Shown: positions 1 through 11,540 of the stretch, piece by piece
Layout: each line of letters opens with the position of its first letter
Numbering within the stretch: the stretch's first letter is position 1
Assembly: GCA_026710545.1 (NCBI GenBank)
Contig: JAPOQU010000108.1
Span: forward strand, 8,196 to 72,195
Length of the DNA stretch: 64,000 nt
Reading direction: 5' to 3'
Source of the DNA: Gammaproteobacteria bacterium
GTDB taxonomy: Bacteria; Pseudomonadota; Gammaproteobacteria; Eutrophobiales; Eutrophobiaceae
Translations under genes and position numbers: made by a program
Notes under the pieces: model-generated
What the model was told of the DNA's origin: nothing
The model's input: the letters and a program-made list of their open reading frames with translations, nothing else
Databases searched by the model: none

Positions 1-655
1 CGACAGGAAATCACTGCAACGGGGCGCCCGAACGTTTGTAAACTATTGCCTGAGTTGCCATTCCGCCTCATTCATGCGCTATAACCGCCTGGGCAGGGAC
101 TTGCATATCAGCGAAGACGTCCTGAAGGAAAATTTCATGTTCGGAACCGATAAAACCGGGGATACCATGACCGTTGCCCTGAACAGGCGTGAAGCGGAAA
201 AATATTTCGGCGTGGCTCCACCCGACCTGTCCGTTACTGCCCGTTCCCGCGGCGCAGACTGGTTGTATACTTACCTGATGACGTTTTACCGGGACACATC
301 CCGCCCCAATGGCGTCAACAACCTGGCTTTTGAGGATACCGCCATGCCGCATGTGCTCTGGCAACTGCAGGGTTGGCAGGAACCGGTATATAAGGAAGAA
401 GTTCACGAGGACGGCAGGGTGAGCCAGGTGATCGACCACCTGGAAGTTGTGACAGGGCCTGTTGAAAAGCCGCAGCCCTACCAGGAGGAAAGCTACGAGG
501 AGACGGTCAGCGACCTGGTGAACTTCATGGTTTACCTGGGAGAACCCATCAAACTCAAACGCAATAAGATAGGCGCCTGGACAATTACCTATCTGCTTGT
601 ATTGCTGGTTCTGGTTTACCTGCTGAAGCGGGAATACTGGCGCGACGTACGATGA
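1..655 (+). CDS. petC: cytochrome c1 of the bc1 complex (5'-truncated by window edge)
   Basis: Frame is open from position 2 (DRKSLQRGARTFVNYCLSCHS, CxxCH heme motif); PPDLS and MPHVL motifs; C-terminal TM helix ending LKREYWRDV; followed by sspA as is usual. Confidence 0.93.
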   Translation, partial: DRKSLQRGARTFVNYCLSCHSASFMRYNRLGRDLHISEDVLKENFMFGTDKTGDTMTVALNRREAEKYFGVAPPDLSVTARSRGADWLYTYLMTFYRDTSRPNGVNNLAFEDTAMPHVLWQLQGWQEPVYKEEVHEDGRVSQVIDHLEVVTGPVEKPQPYQEESYEETVSDLVNFMVYLGEPIKLKRNKIGAWTITYLLVLLVLVYLLKREYWRDVR

Positions 656-1290
656 CAGCCTTACTTAACGGCGGCCCCGTAATGGTCCTGTACTCCGATG
701 CCACGGGCCCGTTCAGCCACAGTGTGCGCCTGGCCCTGGCGGAAAAAGATATTGATACCGAGGTCAAGTATATCCATGAGGAGATTATTCCCGAAGAGCT
801 GGCGGAATTGAACCCGTACAATACGGTACCTACCCTCGTGGACCGCGATCTCGTTCTGTATGATGCTCAAATCATACTGGAGTACCTGGATGAACGTTTT
901 CCCCATCCGCCGCTGATGCCGGTTGATCCAATGTCACGCGCCGTTAACAGGCAATTGAGATACCGGATTACACGGGACCTGTACCGGCTGGCTGAAGAAC
1001 TGGACAGCGAAAATGAAATTGCTGCAGCCGGCGCCAGGAGGGACCTGCGCAACAGCCTGCTGGCGCTCGACCCGGTGTTTTCCCAGTTTCCCTATTTCAT
1101 GTCGGAGGATTATACCCTGGTGGATTGCTGTATCGCGCCGTTGTTATGGCGGCTGGGCGCCTACAACATCAGGTTGCCCGCCGGCGCCAAGGCGTTGCGG
1201 AAATATGCTGAATCACTGTTCGCCCGCGCTGCGTTCCAGTCCAGCATGTCCGAACCGGAACGAGACATGTGTGAGCGTTTGACGGCCTGA
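652..1290 (+). CDS. sspA: stringent starvation protein A (GST fold)
   Basis: LNPYNTVPTLVDRDLVLY, EYLDERFPHPPLMPVDP and LVDCCIAPLLWRL motifs; position after petC. Confidence 0.92.
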   Translation: MTALLNGGPVMVLYSDATGPFSHSVRLALAEKDIDTEVKYIHEEIIPEELAELNPYNTVPTLVDRDLVLYDAQIILEYLDERFPHPPLMPVDPMSRAVNRQLRYRITRDLYRLAEELDSENEIAAAGARRDLRNSLLALDPVFSQFPYFMSEDYTLVDCCIAPLLWRLGAYNIRLPAGAKALRKYAESLFARAAFQSSMSEPERDMCERLTA

Positions 1291-1333
1291 CACCCCTACA
1301 AGGGATTTTGTTGCTTAGCATGGATGTACAATC

Positions 1334-2952
<1,619 letters not shown>

Positions 2953-2963
<11 letters not shown>

Positions 2964-4806
2964 GTTCAAGCAGTTCGGGTTTGCCGTTGATAATTTTACC
3001 CCAGGGTAATTTTCTGCTGATCCTGCCGTCCCCGGACATGCTGAGCAGGCCCGTCTCACCACTGAAGCGGGCGTCATCATCGAACGCCAGCCGGTAAAGA
3101 TTCGGGATCAGATGGAAAACATCCACCCCTAATGCATACAGGCGCTGGTAGACGGATGTATCGGCCTGGAAATTTTCGTTGACCCGCGACTTAATCGATG
3201 GGCTGCCATCATGGGGAAACAGGATCCACGGCAAATCCGGAAACATGACACCGTCCATATCCATATCGGCCTGCGGGTTAACGCTGCCGGTAAAGACATG
3301 CGATGTCGCATAGACCGGGATACCTCCCGCTTCATGGAAGCGTAACTGCGGGATAATCTGGCGTCCGGAGATGGGAAATGCGGCCATGAAAATTACGTCC
3401 GCGTCCTGGCGCCGGCGTGTCAGGTTTTCAAGACTCCGGTTCAGCGCCTGCCGGAGTTTTCGCACCCTGGATTCACTGCTGTCGACATTCAGCAATTGTG
3501 TGACCGGGGCGGAATAATCATTGTTTTGCGGGTCGTAGTCAATTCTTTCGAGTATATTCCCGCCCTGCGCCAGCCAGTTTTCCCGGAATGCATCGTACAG
3601 GCGCCTGCCCCACTGGTCGTCCGGGACAATGACCAGGGCCCTGCTGTGCCCGTCCGCAAATGCCCGGTCGGCAACCTGGCGCGCTTCATCTTCCGGGGAC
3701 AGGCCGAATTGCATGAGGGCAGGGACCAGGTTTCCGTTGTCGCCGCTTGACATGTCGGCAACAGGTTGAACCCGGTTCAGGGCCAGTGTGGGCACGGACA
3801 GGTCCGCCATTGCAGATAACCTCGTCAGCGCCTGTTTTTCCAGTGGTCCCACGATGAAATCCGCACCTTCCGCCACTGCCTGTGAATAAACCTTTTCAAT
3901 GTTCAATGAGTTCCCTTCGTAAAGCTTTATCAGGGGTCTGTCCTGGCCCGAGTCGTACCAGGCGCTGATAAAGCCGTCCCTGATGGCTTCGGCAGCTTTA
4001 CGGTAAGCCCCGCGCAACGGCAATAAAAGGGCAATTTGGCGGGGCCGTATCTCATAGCTCCGGGCGGCGGCGCGCATCTGCCCGATGATACCGGGATTGG
4101 CCGGATGCGCCGGATATTTGCCCTGCCAGGCTGCCAGCGCTCCGGTCAATGCCGTAAGGTCAGCCAGCATGGTCCTGTTGATGAGCGCAAGCTCCAGCCA
4201 GCCTGAGAGTGCCTGCGGGTGCGCGCGGTGGAGTTCCCGCAGAACTTGTTTGTCAACCTTGTTCAGGGTCTCCCAGATTTTCGCCGTGTTGGCGTCTGTG
4301 TCGTCACGTTGCAGCGGATAAGCGCCGTAGCTGATGCGTTCTGTTGCCGCATTGATAAAATCTGCCTGCTGTTCGTAGGCAAGGGCTCTGACCTCATGGC
4401 GCCGTGCCCGGAGTGAAGCCGGTATGACATCCGGGAAATCCGCTGACAGAAGTTCCAGCGCTTTTTCCGGCTGTCTCTCCTGCAAGTGAAGTTCGGCCTG
4501 CAACAGTGTCTTCAGGACCCTGTCGTGCGCGTCCTGCGGAGTTATGGTGGATAATATTTCAGCGGCTTCGGCAGTCCGCTGTATTGAAATCATGGCGGCT
4601 GCGGCCTGCAAATGGTAGAAACCGGATTTTTCCGGGTATAACTCCGCCAGGCGCAGATATTCCCCGGCGGCTTGTTGATAGCGGCCGTCATCCAACAACT
4701 TCCTGACTTCCTGTTCCGCATCGACGGGCGCTGCAGCTTTTTTGACCTCCAGCGTACAGCCTTGCAACAATATGACAGTGAGCAAAATCTTGAGTAACGC
4801 GCGCAT
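2953..4806 (-). CDS. lpoA: penicillin-binding protein activator LpoA (LppC family lipoprotein)
   Basis: Lipobox LLQGC; IALLLPL, IVGPLEK, FGLSPEDEARQVA and RLYALGVD motifs; lies between yraN and rsmI. Confidence 0.9.
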
Positions 4807-4852
4807 ACGTTCATTCTATAGGCAAAAGGAATGGCAGGCCATTGGAATGGAA

Positions 4853-4988
4853 AATTACGAATTACGAATTAGGAATTAGGAATGGGTGCATCCTGAAAGC
4901 TAAAAAGCCATATTTTTATTTATGCATCTACTGAAATGCTGTAAGTTGCCACTGCGACTCATTCGTTTCGATTCCTGCTTCTTAATTC
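4853..4988. repeat. AATTA(C/G)G heptamer array with a degenerate inverted partner
   Basis: AATTACG AATTACG AATTAGG AATTAGG at 4853-4880; degenerate complementary run ATTCGTTTCGATTCCTGCTTCTTAATTC at 4961-4988. Confidence 0.8.
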
Positions 4989-5039
4989 TCACGGAGTGCA
5001 GAGATCAAAAAACGCTGTGTTCTCTGTGCCCTCTGTGGT
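4989..5039. repeat. 9-nt-period CACAGAG triad with a degenerate opposite arm
   Basis: The minus strand at 5013-5039 reads ACCACAGAG GGCACAGAG AACACAGCG; degenerate TCACGGAGTGCAGAG lies on the plus strand at 4989-5003. Confidence 0.7.
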
Positions 5040-5071
5040 AAGAAAAGAGTTGGGTCTTAGCGAGTATATAC

Positions 5072-5944
5072 ATGGCAACCCAATCCGGCACCTTATACAT
5101 CGTGGCAACGCCTATCGGCAACCTGGAGGATCTGGGCCCGCGCGCGCAAAGAATCCTTTCCGAGGTTGACCTGATCCTGGCGGAAGACACTCGCCACAGC
5201 CGCAAGTTACTGAGTTCGTTCAACATCAGGACCGCGCTACAGGCTTTCCACGAGAACAACGAGGATCGTATGACGGCGCAGGTCATCAGTCGTCTTGCCG
5301 GGGGTTGTGATATCGCCCTGGTTGCAGACGCCGGCACCCCGCTGATCAGCGATCCCGGTTTCAAGCTGGTAAGGCAGGCCCACGAAGAGAATATTCCCGT
5401 CTGCCCGGTGCCCGGCCCCGCGGCATTGATAACGGCTTTGTCGGTTGCCGGAATAGCTCCCGGGAGGTTCCTGTTTGAAGGTTTTGCTCCCGCCAAGGCG
5501 GCGGCGCGCCGCAAGCATCTCCAGGCCCTGGCCGGCGCAGAACGCACCATGGTTTTTTATGAAGCCCCGCACCGGATAAAGGCTTTCCTGGACGATGCCT
5601 CATCAATCTTCGGCGCGCACAGGAAGGCGACTATTGCACGGGAGTTGACGAAAAAGTTTGAAACGATACGCCATGGAACATTGGGCGAATTGATCGAGTG
5701 GATGGGTGATAACCCTGACCGGCGCCGCGGTGAATTTGTCGTCGTTATCGCCGGCGCCGGCGCCGGAAAAACCGGCAAGCCCGAATTGGTTGCAACCCTG
5801 GAAATTCTGCTCAAATCACTGACCTTGAAACAGAGTGTACGGATTGCCGCTGAACTGACGGGGGGCAACAGGAACGAAATATACGACCTGGCCGTAGCCC
5901 TGCAGCAGGATATCGACCTGCCGGCCTCTCCGGCGCGGGAATGA
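5072..5944 (+). CDS. rsmI: 16S rRNA (cytidine1402-2'-O)-methyltransferase
   Basis: LYIVATPIGNLED, AEDTRH, DAGTPLISDPG and ARELTKKFET motifs. Confidence 0.95.
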   Translation: MATQSGTLYIVATPIGNLEDLGPRAQRILSEVDLILAEDTRHSRKLLSSFNIRTALQAFHENNEDRMTAQVISRLAGGCDIALVADAGTPLISDPGFKLVRQAHEENIPVCPVPGPAALITALSVAGIAPGRFLFEGFAPAKAAARRKHLQALAGAERTMVFYEAPHRIKAFLDDASSIFGAHRKATIARELTKKFETIRHGTLGELIEWMGDNPDRRRGEFVVVIAGAGAGKTGKPELVATLEILLKSLTLKQSVRIAAELTGGNRNEIYDLAVALQQDIDLPASPARE

Positions 5945-5988
5945 TTGCGGGCTGGCCGGTGCTTGAACCGGGCGCCGCTCTTGCTTAT

Positions 5989-6022
5989 CATTGAAAATTG
6001 CGCGCTTTGCGGATTTTCAATG
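5989..6022. repeat. 10-bp perfect inverted repeat upstream of the DoxX gene
   Basis: CATTGAAAAT (5989-5998), a 14-nt GC-rich spacer, then ATTTTCAATG (6013-6022). Confidence 0.7.
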
Positions 6023-6053
6023 TCCAAGTAAAAAAACAGCAGGAGAAAAGGCG

Positions 6054-6671
6054 ATGAAGGGCATCACTACCCCGGCATGCCAGGCACAGGCAATACTTGA
6101 CCGGATCAGGGGCAACCTGGATTTCATTGGTCCCGTATTACTCAGGTTGTACCTGGTCCCCGTATTCTGGGTTGCGGGCAACAATAAATGGAATCCGTTT
6201 GATGAAGGCAGTTCTCTCGACTCCGTTATCGAGTGGTTCGGTAATGCGGAATGGGGCCTGGGTCTGCCGTTTCCTGCCCTTAACGCCTACATGGCCTGGG
6301 GTGCGGAATATGTCGGCGCCATTCTCCTGGCCCTTGGCCTGGCAACACGCTGGATCTGCATACCGCTGATGGCGACCATGATAGTCGCGATGGCGACAGT
6401 ACATATCAGCCACGGCTGGCAAGCCGTTCACGATCTGAGCAGCCCGTTTGCCTCCGCTGATGCCGGCGAGGCACTGGAGCGCCTGTCCCGGGCAAAAAGC
6501 ATTTTAAGGGAACACGGGAACTACAACTGGTTGACGGAACACGGTAACTTCATCGTATCCAATAACGGCATCGAATGGGCGGCAACCTACTTCATCATGC
6601 TCGCTGCCCTGTTCTATCTGGGAGGCGGCAGGTACGTCAGCCTGGATTACTGGATCAGGCGCAAATTTTAA
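6054..6671 (+). CDS. DoxX family membrane protein (HvfX-like)
   Basis: LLRLYLVPVFW, WFGNAEWGLGLPFP, NNGIEWAATY and GGGRYVSLDYW motifs; AGGAG SD before ATG 6054. Confidence 0.8.
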   Translation: MKGITTPACQAQAILDRIRGNLDFIGPVLLRLYLVPVFWVAGNNKWNPFDEGSSLDSVIEWFGNAEWGLGLPFPALNAYMAWGAEYVGAILLALGLATRWICIPLMATMIVAMATVHISHGWQAVHDLSSPFASADAGEALERLSRAKSILREHGNYNWLTEHGNFIVSNNGIEWAATYFIMLAALFYLGGGRYVSLDYWIRRKF

Positions 6672-6691
6672 GTAATCATTATCGCTGCCGG

Positions 6692-9583
6692 TCACGCCGT
6701 GCCATAGTCTTCCAGCGGTGGGCAACTGCAGAATAAATTCCTGTCACCGTGCAGGTTGTCCACCCGGCTTACCGGGGGCCAGTACTTGTCATCCCGAATG
6801 GTGTCCATGGGATAGAACGCTTGCTGTTTGCTGTAAGGCATGGTCCAGTCGGACTCGAGCAGCAACTGGTGTGTATGGGGCGCGTTTTTCAAGGGGTTGT
6901 TTTCCTTGTCCCAGTCACCCGACTCGACCAGGCTGATTTCCCTGCGAATGGCTATCATGGCATCGCAGAAGCGATCCAGTTCGCGCTTGTTCTCGCTTTC
7001 TGTCGGCTCAATCATCAGGGTATCGGGAACCGGGAAAGACATGGTCGGAGCATGAAATCCGTAATCCACCAGGCGTTTGGCAATATCGTCCACCGTGACA
7101 TTGCAACCTTGCTTGATGGGGCGCAGGTCGAGAATGCACTCGTGGGCGACCATGCCGTTTTTTCCCGTATACAGGATCGGGTAGTACTCCCGTAACCGGG
7201 CGGCAACGTAGTTGGCGCTGAGGATGGCAACCAGCGTTGCCCGGCGCAATCCATGCGCGCCCATCATGGCGATGTAAGCCCATGAGATGGTCAGGATGCT
7301 GGCTGAACCCCAGGGTGCTGCCGAGACGGTACCGACGGTGCCGTATTTGCCTGCGGCGGGGTTGACGCCTTCCACAAGGGGGTGGCCGGGCAGGTATGGC
7401 GCGAGATGTACTTTCACGCCGATCGGTCCCATACCCGGTCCGCCGCCGCCATGGGGGATGGCAAAGGTCTTGTGCAGGTTGATGTGCATTACATCGGCGC
7501 CCATCTCCGCCGGGCGGGCGATACCGACCAGGGCATTCATGTTGGCGCCGTCCAGGTAAACCTGGCCGCCGTATTCATGTACCAGCGCGCAGATATCATG
7601 AAACCCCGCTTCATAGACCCCGTGTGTGGAAGGGTACGTGATCATCAGGGCGGACAGGCGCTCCCGGTACTGTCCGGCCTTGTCGCGCAGGTCGTCCAGG
7701 TCGATGTTGCCGTCACTGTCACAGGCAACCACCACCACCTTCAACCCGGCCATGACGGCGCTGGCAGGGTTGGTGCCGTGCGCCGAAGCGGGGATCAGGC
7801 AGACATCGCGTTGCCCCTGCCCCTGAACTTCCTGGTACTTTCGGATAACCAGCAATCCGGTGTATTCCCCCTGCGAACCGGCATTCGGTTGCAGTGAAAA
7901 AGCGTCGAAACCCGTGAGATCGCACAACATGTCTTCCAGTTCCTCAAACAACTGCAGGTAACCCTGCGCCTGGTCCAGCGGCGCAAACGGGTGGATGGCA
8001 TTGAAATCACGGTATGACAGGGCTTCCAGTTCCGTGGCCGCGTTCAGTTTCATGGTGCAGGAGCCCAGGGGGATCATTGCGCGATCCAGTGAAATATCAC
8101 GGCGCGCCAGCCAGCGCATGTAACGCATCATTTCGGTTTCGCTGTGGTACAACTCAAATACGGGGTGCTGTAATATGCCGTCGCTGCGTAATAACCGATC
8201 CGGGATACACTCGTCCACGGAGGCATCAAGGGCGGCGATGTCCGGTACCCGGCCTGCAGCGGTAGAGAACACTTCCCAGAGAGTCAGCAATTCTTCGCGG
8301 GTCGTCGTTTCATCCAGCGCTATCCCCAGGTAATCCGCGTCGTAAACCCGCAGGTTGATGGAGGCTTCACGGGCCTTGGCGGCGATACGCCGTGCGCGGC
8401 TGGGAGCGTAAACCTTGATGGTATCGAAATACTGCCTGCTGGCGACGCTGAAGCCGAGCAGTTGCAGTCCGGCAACCAGCACCTGGGTCAGGCGGTGGAC
8501 CCGTTCCGCGATCAGGCGCAACTCCTTGGGTCCGTAATAGATAGCGTAAAATCCGGCGATCACTGCCGGCAGGACCTGTGACGTACAGATATTACTGGTG
8601 GCTTTTTCCCGGCGGATATGCTGTTCACGGGTCTGCAGGGCCATGCGCAATGCCTTATGACCCAGGTTATCCACGGATACGCCGATAATGCGTCCGGGCA
8701 TGGAGCGAACGAATTTTTCCCTGGTGGCGAAGAATGCCGCATGCGGGCCGCCGTAACCCATGGGCATTCCGAACCGCTGGGAGTTGCCCACGACGATATC
8801 AGCGCCCATTGCACCGGGCGGCGTCAACAGTACCAGGGCAAGGATATCTGCGGCCACTGATACAACGGCTCCCTGCTCATGGGCCAGCCTGGTCGGCTCA
8901 CGCAGGTCCCTGACTTCGCCGCTGCTGCCGGGATATTGGAACAACGTACCGAATACGTCCTTGCCTTCGAGCCCGGTGAACGGATCACCGGTAATGGTCC
9001 GGTAGCCGAAATTATTTGCCCGTGTCTGCACGACGGCAATAGTCTGCGGATGGCAATCCTCGTCAATAAAAAACAGGTTGCTGCTGTTCCTGCCCACTCG
9101 TTTCGCCATACTCATCGCCTCAGCCGCGGCCGTGGCTTCGTCAAGCATGGAAGCATTGGCTATCTCCATGCCGGTCAGGTCCGTGATCAGCTGCTGGAAA
9201 TTCAGTAATGCTTCCAGCCGGCCCTGGCTGATCTCAGCCTGGTATGGCGTGTAAGCCGTATACCATGCCGGATTCTCCAGGACATTGCGCTTGATAACGG
9301 CAGGCATGATGGTGTCGTGGTAACCCATGCCTATCATGGAGGTAAAAACGCGATTCCTTCTGCGCATCCTGCGCAAGCGAATACCGACCTCGCGTTCGCT
9401 GATGGTCCCGGTCAGGGCAGGGGCCTGTTCGGTAAGGATCGATTCGGGGACGGCACGGTCGATAATCTGTTCCAGTTCATCCATGCGCAGGTACTCCACC
9501 ATGGTACGGATCTGGTGCCTGTCCGGGCCGATGTGGCGGCGTGTGAAACCGCCGCGCATTTCGAGTTGTTCGAGTTTGCTCAT
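6692..9583 (-). CDS. gcvP: glycine dehydrogenase (glycine cleavage P protein, single chain)
   Basis: YTAYTPYQAEISQGRLE, REKATSNICT and MIPLGSCTMKLN motifs; PLP lysine motif HINLHKTF; 963 aa. Confidence 0.97.
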   Translation of the reverse strand: MSKLEQLEMRGGFTRRHIGPDRHQIRTMVEYLRMDELEQIIDRAVPESILTEQAPALTGTISEREVGIRLRRMRRRNRVFTSMIGMGYHDTIMPAVIKRNVLENPAWYTAYTPYQAEISQGRLEALLNFQQLITDLTGMEIANASMLDEATAAAEAMSMAKRVGRNSSNLFFIDEDCHPQTIAVVQTRANNFGYRTITGDPFTGLEGKDVFGTLFQYPGSSGEVRDLREPTRLAHEQGAVVSVAADILALVLLTPPGAMGADIVVGNSQRFGMPMGYGGPHAAFFATREKFVRSMPGRIIGVSVDNLGHKALRMALQTREQHIRREKATSNICTSQVLPAVIAGFYAIYYGPKELRLIAERVHRLTQVLVAGLQLLGFSVASRQYFDTIKVYAPSRARRIAAKAREASINLRVYDADYLGIALDETTTREELLTLWEVFSTAAGRVPDIAALDASVDECIPDRLLRSDGILQHPVFELYHSETEMMRYMRWLARRDISLDRAMIPLGSCTMKLNAATELEALSYRDFNAIHPFAPLDQAQGYLQLFEELEDMLCDLTGFDAFSLQPNAGSQGEYTGLLVIRKYQEVQGQGQRDVCLIPASAHGTNPASAVMAGLKVVVVACDSDGNIDLDDLRDKAGQYRERLSALMITYPSTHGVYEAGFHDICALVHEYGGQVYLDGANMNALVGIARPAEMGADVMHINLHKTFAIPHGGGGPGMGPIGVKVHLAPYLPGHPLVEGVNPAAGKYGTVGTVSAAPWGSASILTISWAYIAMMGAHGLRRATLVAILSANYVAARLREYYPILYTGKNGMVAHECILDLRPIKQGCNVTVDDIAKRLVDYGFHAPTMSFPVPDTLMIEPTESENKRELDRFCDAMIAIRREISLVESGDWDKENNPLKNAPHTHQLLLESDWTMPYSKQQAFYPMDTIRDDKYWPPVSRVDNLHGDRNLFCSCPPLEDYGTA

Positions 9584-10695
9584 AGTTGGTAATACCGATG
9601 TTTGACAAAAGGTAGAATAACAATCCGGATGCCATGCAAACGATTGCGAATTTTCACCTGCAATTCAGTGCCTTCAGCGGCGTATTCCTGTTCGATATAG
9701 CCCATCGCCACAGGTTGGCCGATACTGGGGCCGTAACCGCCGCTGGTGATCCAGCCGACCGCCCGCTGCTCGTGGTTCAATATCCCGGCGCCATCCCGTA
9801 CAGGTATCTTCCCCTGTGAGGTAAAACCGCGTCGTACCAGCGCCGTTCCCGTCTGCAACTGTTGCAATATGATATCCGCCCCGGGGAACTGCGCCGGTAC
9901 GGCGTCGCCGCGGCGGTATTTTTTTGCAACAACCCACGTTAAACCCGCTTCCACGGGGGTTGTTGCCGGATTGATGTCATGGCCGAAAAGACACAGGCCT
10001 GCCTCCAGCCGTAACGTATCCCTGGCGCCCAGGCCGATCAGCTCCACGGCCGGGTCCTGCAGGAATGTTTCAGCCAGCTTGCGGGCATGAACGGAAGGGA
10101 CGGATATCTCGTACCCGTCCTCACCGGTGTAGCCGCAGCGATTGACAAGACAAGGCGTTCCGTCAAGATCGGCCTCCACCGCGCTCAGGAACGGCATGGT
10201 TTCGCAGCCTTGATATAACCCGGCCAGTACCTCTGCCGCCTGCGGACCCTGTAGCGCCAGCAAGGCGCGGTCGGACAGCATTTCCAGCCGGTAACCCGGG
10301 CCCAATGCCTTCTCCAGGTAAGCGAAATCTGCCTCCTTGCACGCGGCATTGACCATGAGGAAAAGAGAATCCGGGGTCCTGGTCAGCATCAGGTCGTCGA
10401 TGATGCCACCCTGCCGGTTGGTCAACAGCGTGTAGCGTTGCCGGAACGGCGCCATGGCGCTGATGTCGCCGGTGACCAGTCTTTCCATGGCGTTCTCGAT
10501 ACCGGCGCCGGAAAGGCGAATCTGGCCCATGTGTGAGACGTCGAACAAGCCGGCGCTGCTACGGGTATGGAGATGTTCCTCCCTGATTCCTCTCCGGTAC
10601 TGAACCGGCATCGAGTAGCCGGCAAATTCCACGAACCTGGCGCCGTGCGTTTCATGCAGTTCATACAGTGGCGTCTTTTTCAATTCTCTGTCCAT
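9580..10695 (-). CDS. gcvT: glycine cleavage aminomethyltransferase T
   Basis: GLFDVSHMGQ, GGIIDDL, GYTGEDGYEI and GLGARDTLRLEAGL motifs. Confidence 0.95.
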   Translation of the reverse strand: MDRELKKTPLYELHETHGARFVEFAGYSMPVQYRRGIREEHLHTRSSAGLFDVSHMGQIRLSGAGIENAMERLVTGDISAMAPFRQRYTLLTNRQGGIIDDLMLTRTPDSLFLMVNAACKEADFAYLEKALGPGYRLEMLSDRALLALQGPQAAEVLAGLYQGCETMPFLSAVEADLDGTPCLVNRCGYTGEDGYEISVPSVHARKLAETFLQDPAVELIGLGARDTLRLEAGLCLFGHDINPATTPVEAGLTWVVAKKYRRGDAVPAQFPGADIILQQLQTGTALVRRGFTSQGKIPVRDGAGILNHEQRAVGWITSGGYGPSIGQPVAMGYIEQEYAAEGTELQVKIRNRLHGIRIVILPFVKHRYYQL

Positions 10696-10861
10696 TTTTT
10701 TCTGTCTGCACGGGATCGGGTCAGGCCTTCAATTGCCTGAAGGGAATTCATATTATGATCTCATTACCGCTTTAGACAAGCAGGTCCGGGAATTTATCCC
10801 GTGACCGCTGCTGCAAGACTTGTGTTTTTCACCTCATCCGGCGCCTGCGGACCCGGCACAG

Positions 10862-10890
10862 TTGAAAACAGCGTGGCTCCAACCTAATAT
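10862..10890 (+). promoter_or_regulatory. sigma70-type promoter of rnpB
   Basis: TTGAAA (10862-10867), 17 nt, TAATAT (10885-10890), six nt before the RNA 5' end. Confidence 0.7.
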
Positions 10891-10896
10891 GGTAAC

Positions 10897-11269
10897 GGGA
10901 GTCAGCCGGACAATCGCTGCGGGAAGGGATTGATTTTGATCAGTTCCGGTTTCGGCAGAGGAAAGTCCGGGCTCCGCAGGGCAGGGCGCCAGGTAATTCC
11001 TGGGCGGCGCGAGCCGACGGAAAGTGCAACAGAAAGTATACCGCCCGGTCATTTTTACAATGGCCGGGTAAGGGTGAAATGGTGCGGTAAGAGCGCACCG
11101 CGTGGCTGGAGACAGGCACGGCATGGTAAACCCCGCCTGGAGCAAGGCCAAATAAGGGGGCGATAATGTGGCCCGCATTGCCCCCGGGTAGGCCGCAGGA
11201 GGTGCATGGTGACATGCATCCCAGATGAATGATTGTCCTCGACAGAACCCGGCTTACAGGCTGACTCCC
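10897..11269 (+). ncRNA. rnpB: RNase P RNA, bacterial class A
   Basis: P1 ends GGGAGTCAGCC / GGCTGACTCCC; conserved GAGGAAAGTCCGGGC, GGAAAGTGCAACAGAAAG, GGTAAACCCC, GAGCAAGGCCAAATA and ACAGAACCCGGCTTA; T-tract follows. Confidence 0.97.
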
Positions 11270-11451
11270 CCTTTTTTCATCCCCGATTTGACCCAAAACC
11301 TGTTGTTTTTTCTTAAAAAAACACTACAACCTAATAATATTAAAAGACTTATAGCTATTATTTTTTTTCATAACCGGTCATTTCAAGGTCGATTTACCTC
11401 TAAGTGCCTGTAACACAGGTAATTTTATTACCGAAAAATTACAAGATTTGC

Positions 11452-11514
11452 TTGACAGAACGGCAACCTGGTTCCTATAGTTACAGATTGTGGGAAAAAG
11501 TGGGTAATTGTGGA
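11452..11514 (+). promoter_or_regulatory. dcw promoter with MraZ-binding direct repeats
   Basis: TTGACA (11452), 18 nt, TATAGT (11476); then GTGGG/GTGGG/GTGGA at a 10-nt period (11490, 11500, 11510). Confidence 0.8.
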
Positions 11515-11540
11515 TTTTATTGTGACAACAGGGCCAGAAA

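Noticed and set aside
4853-5039. Possible CRISPR array
   Set aside because: Units are 7-9 nt tandem repeats without unique spacers, and there are no cas genes in the window.
10696-10860. Glycine riboswitch upstream of gcvT
   Set aside because: The conserved GGAGA / CCGAAG / CTCTCAGG elements are not found on the minus strand.
10834-11296. ORFs of 78-118 aa over this region
   Set aside because: They overlap RNase P RNA and are shadow ORFs.
11270-11450. AT-rich stretch as foreign DNA or an origin
   Set aside because: It is short, has no DnaA-box cluster, and is consistent with the usual AT-rich region upstream of the dcw promoter.
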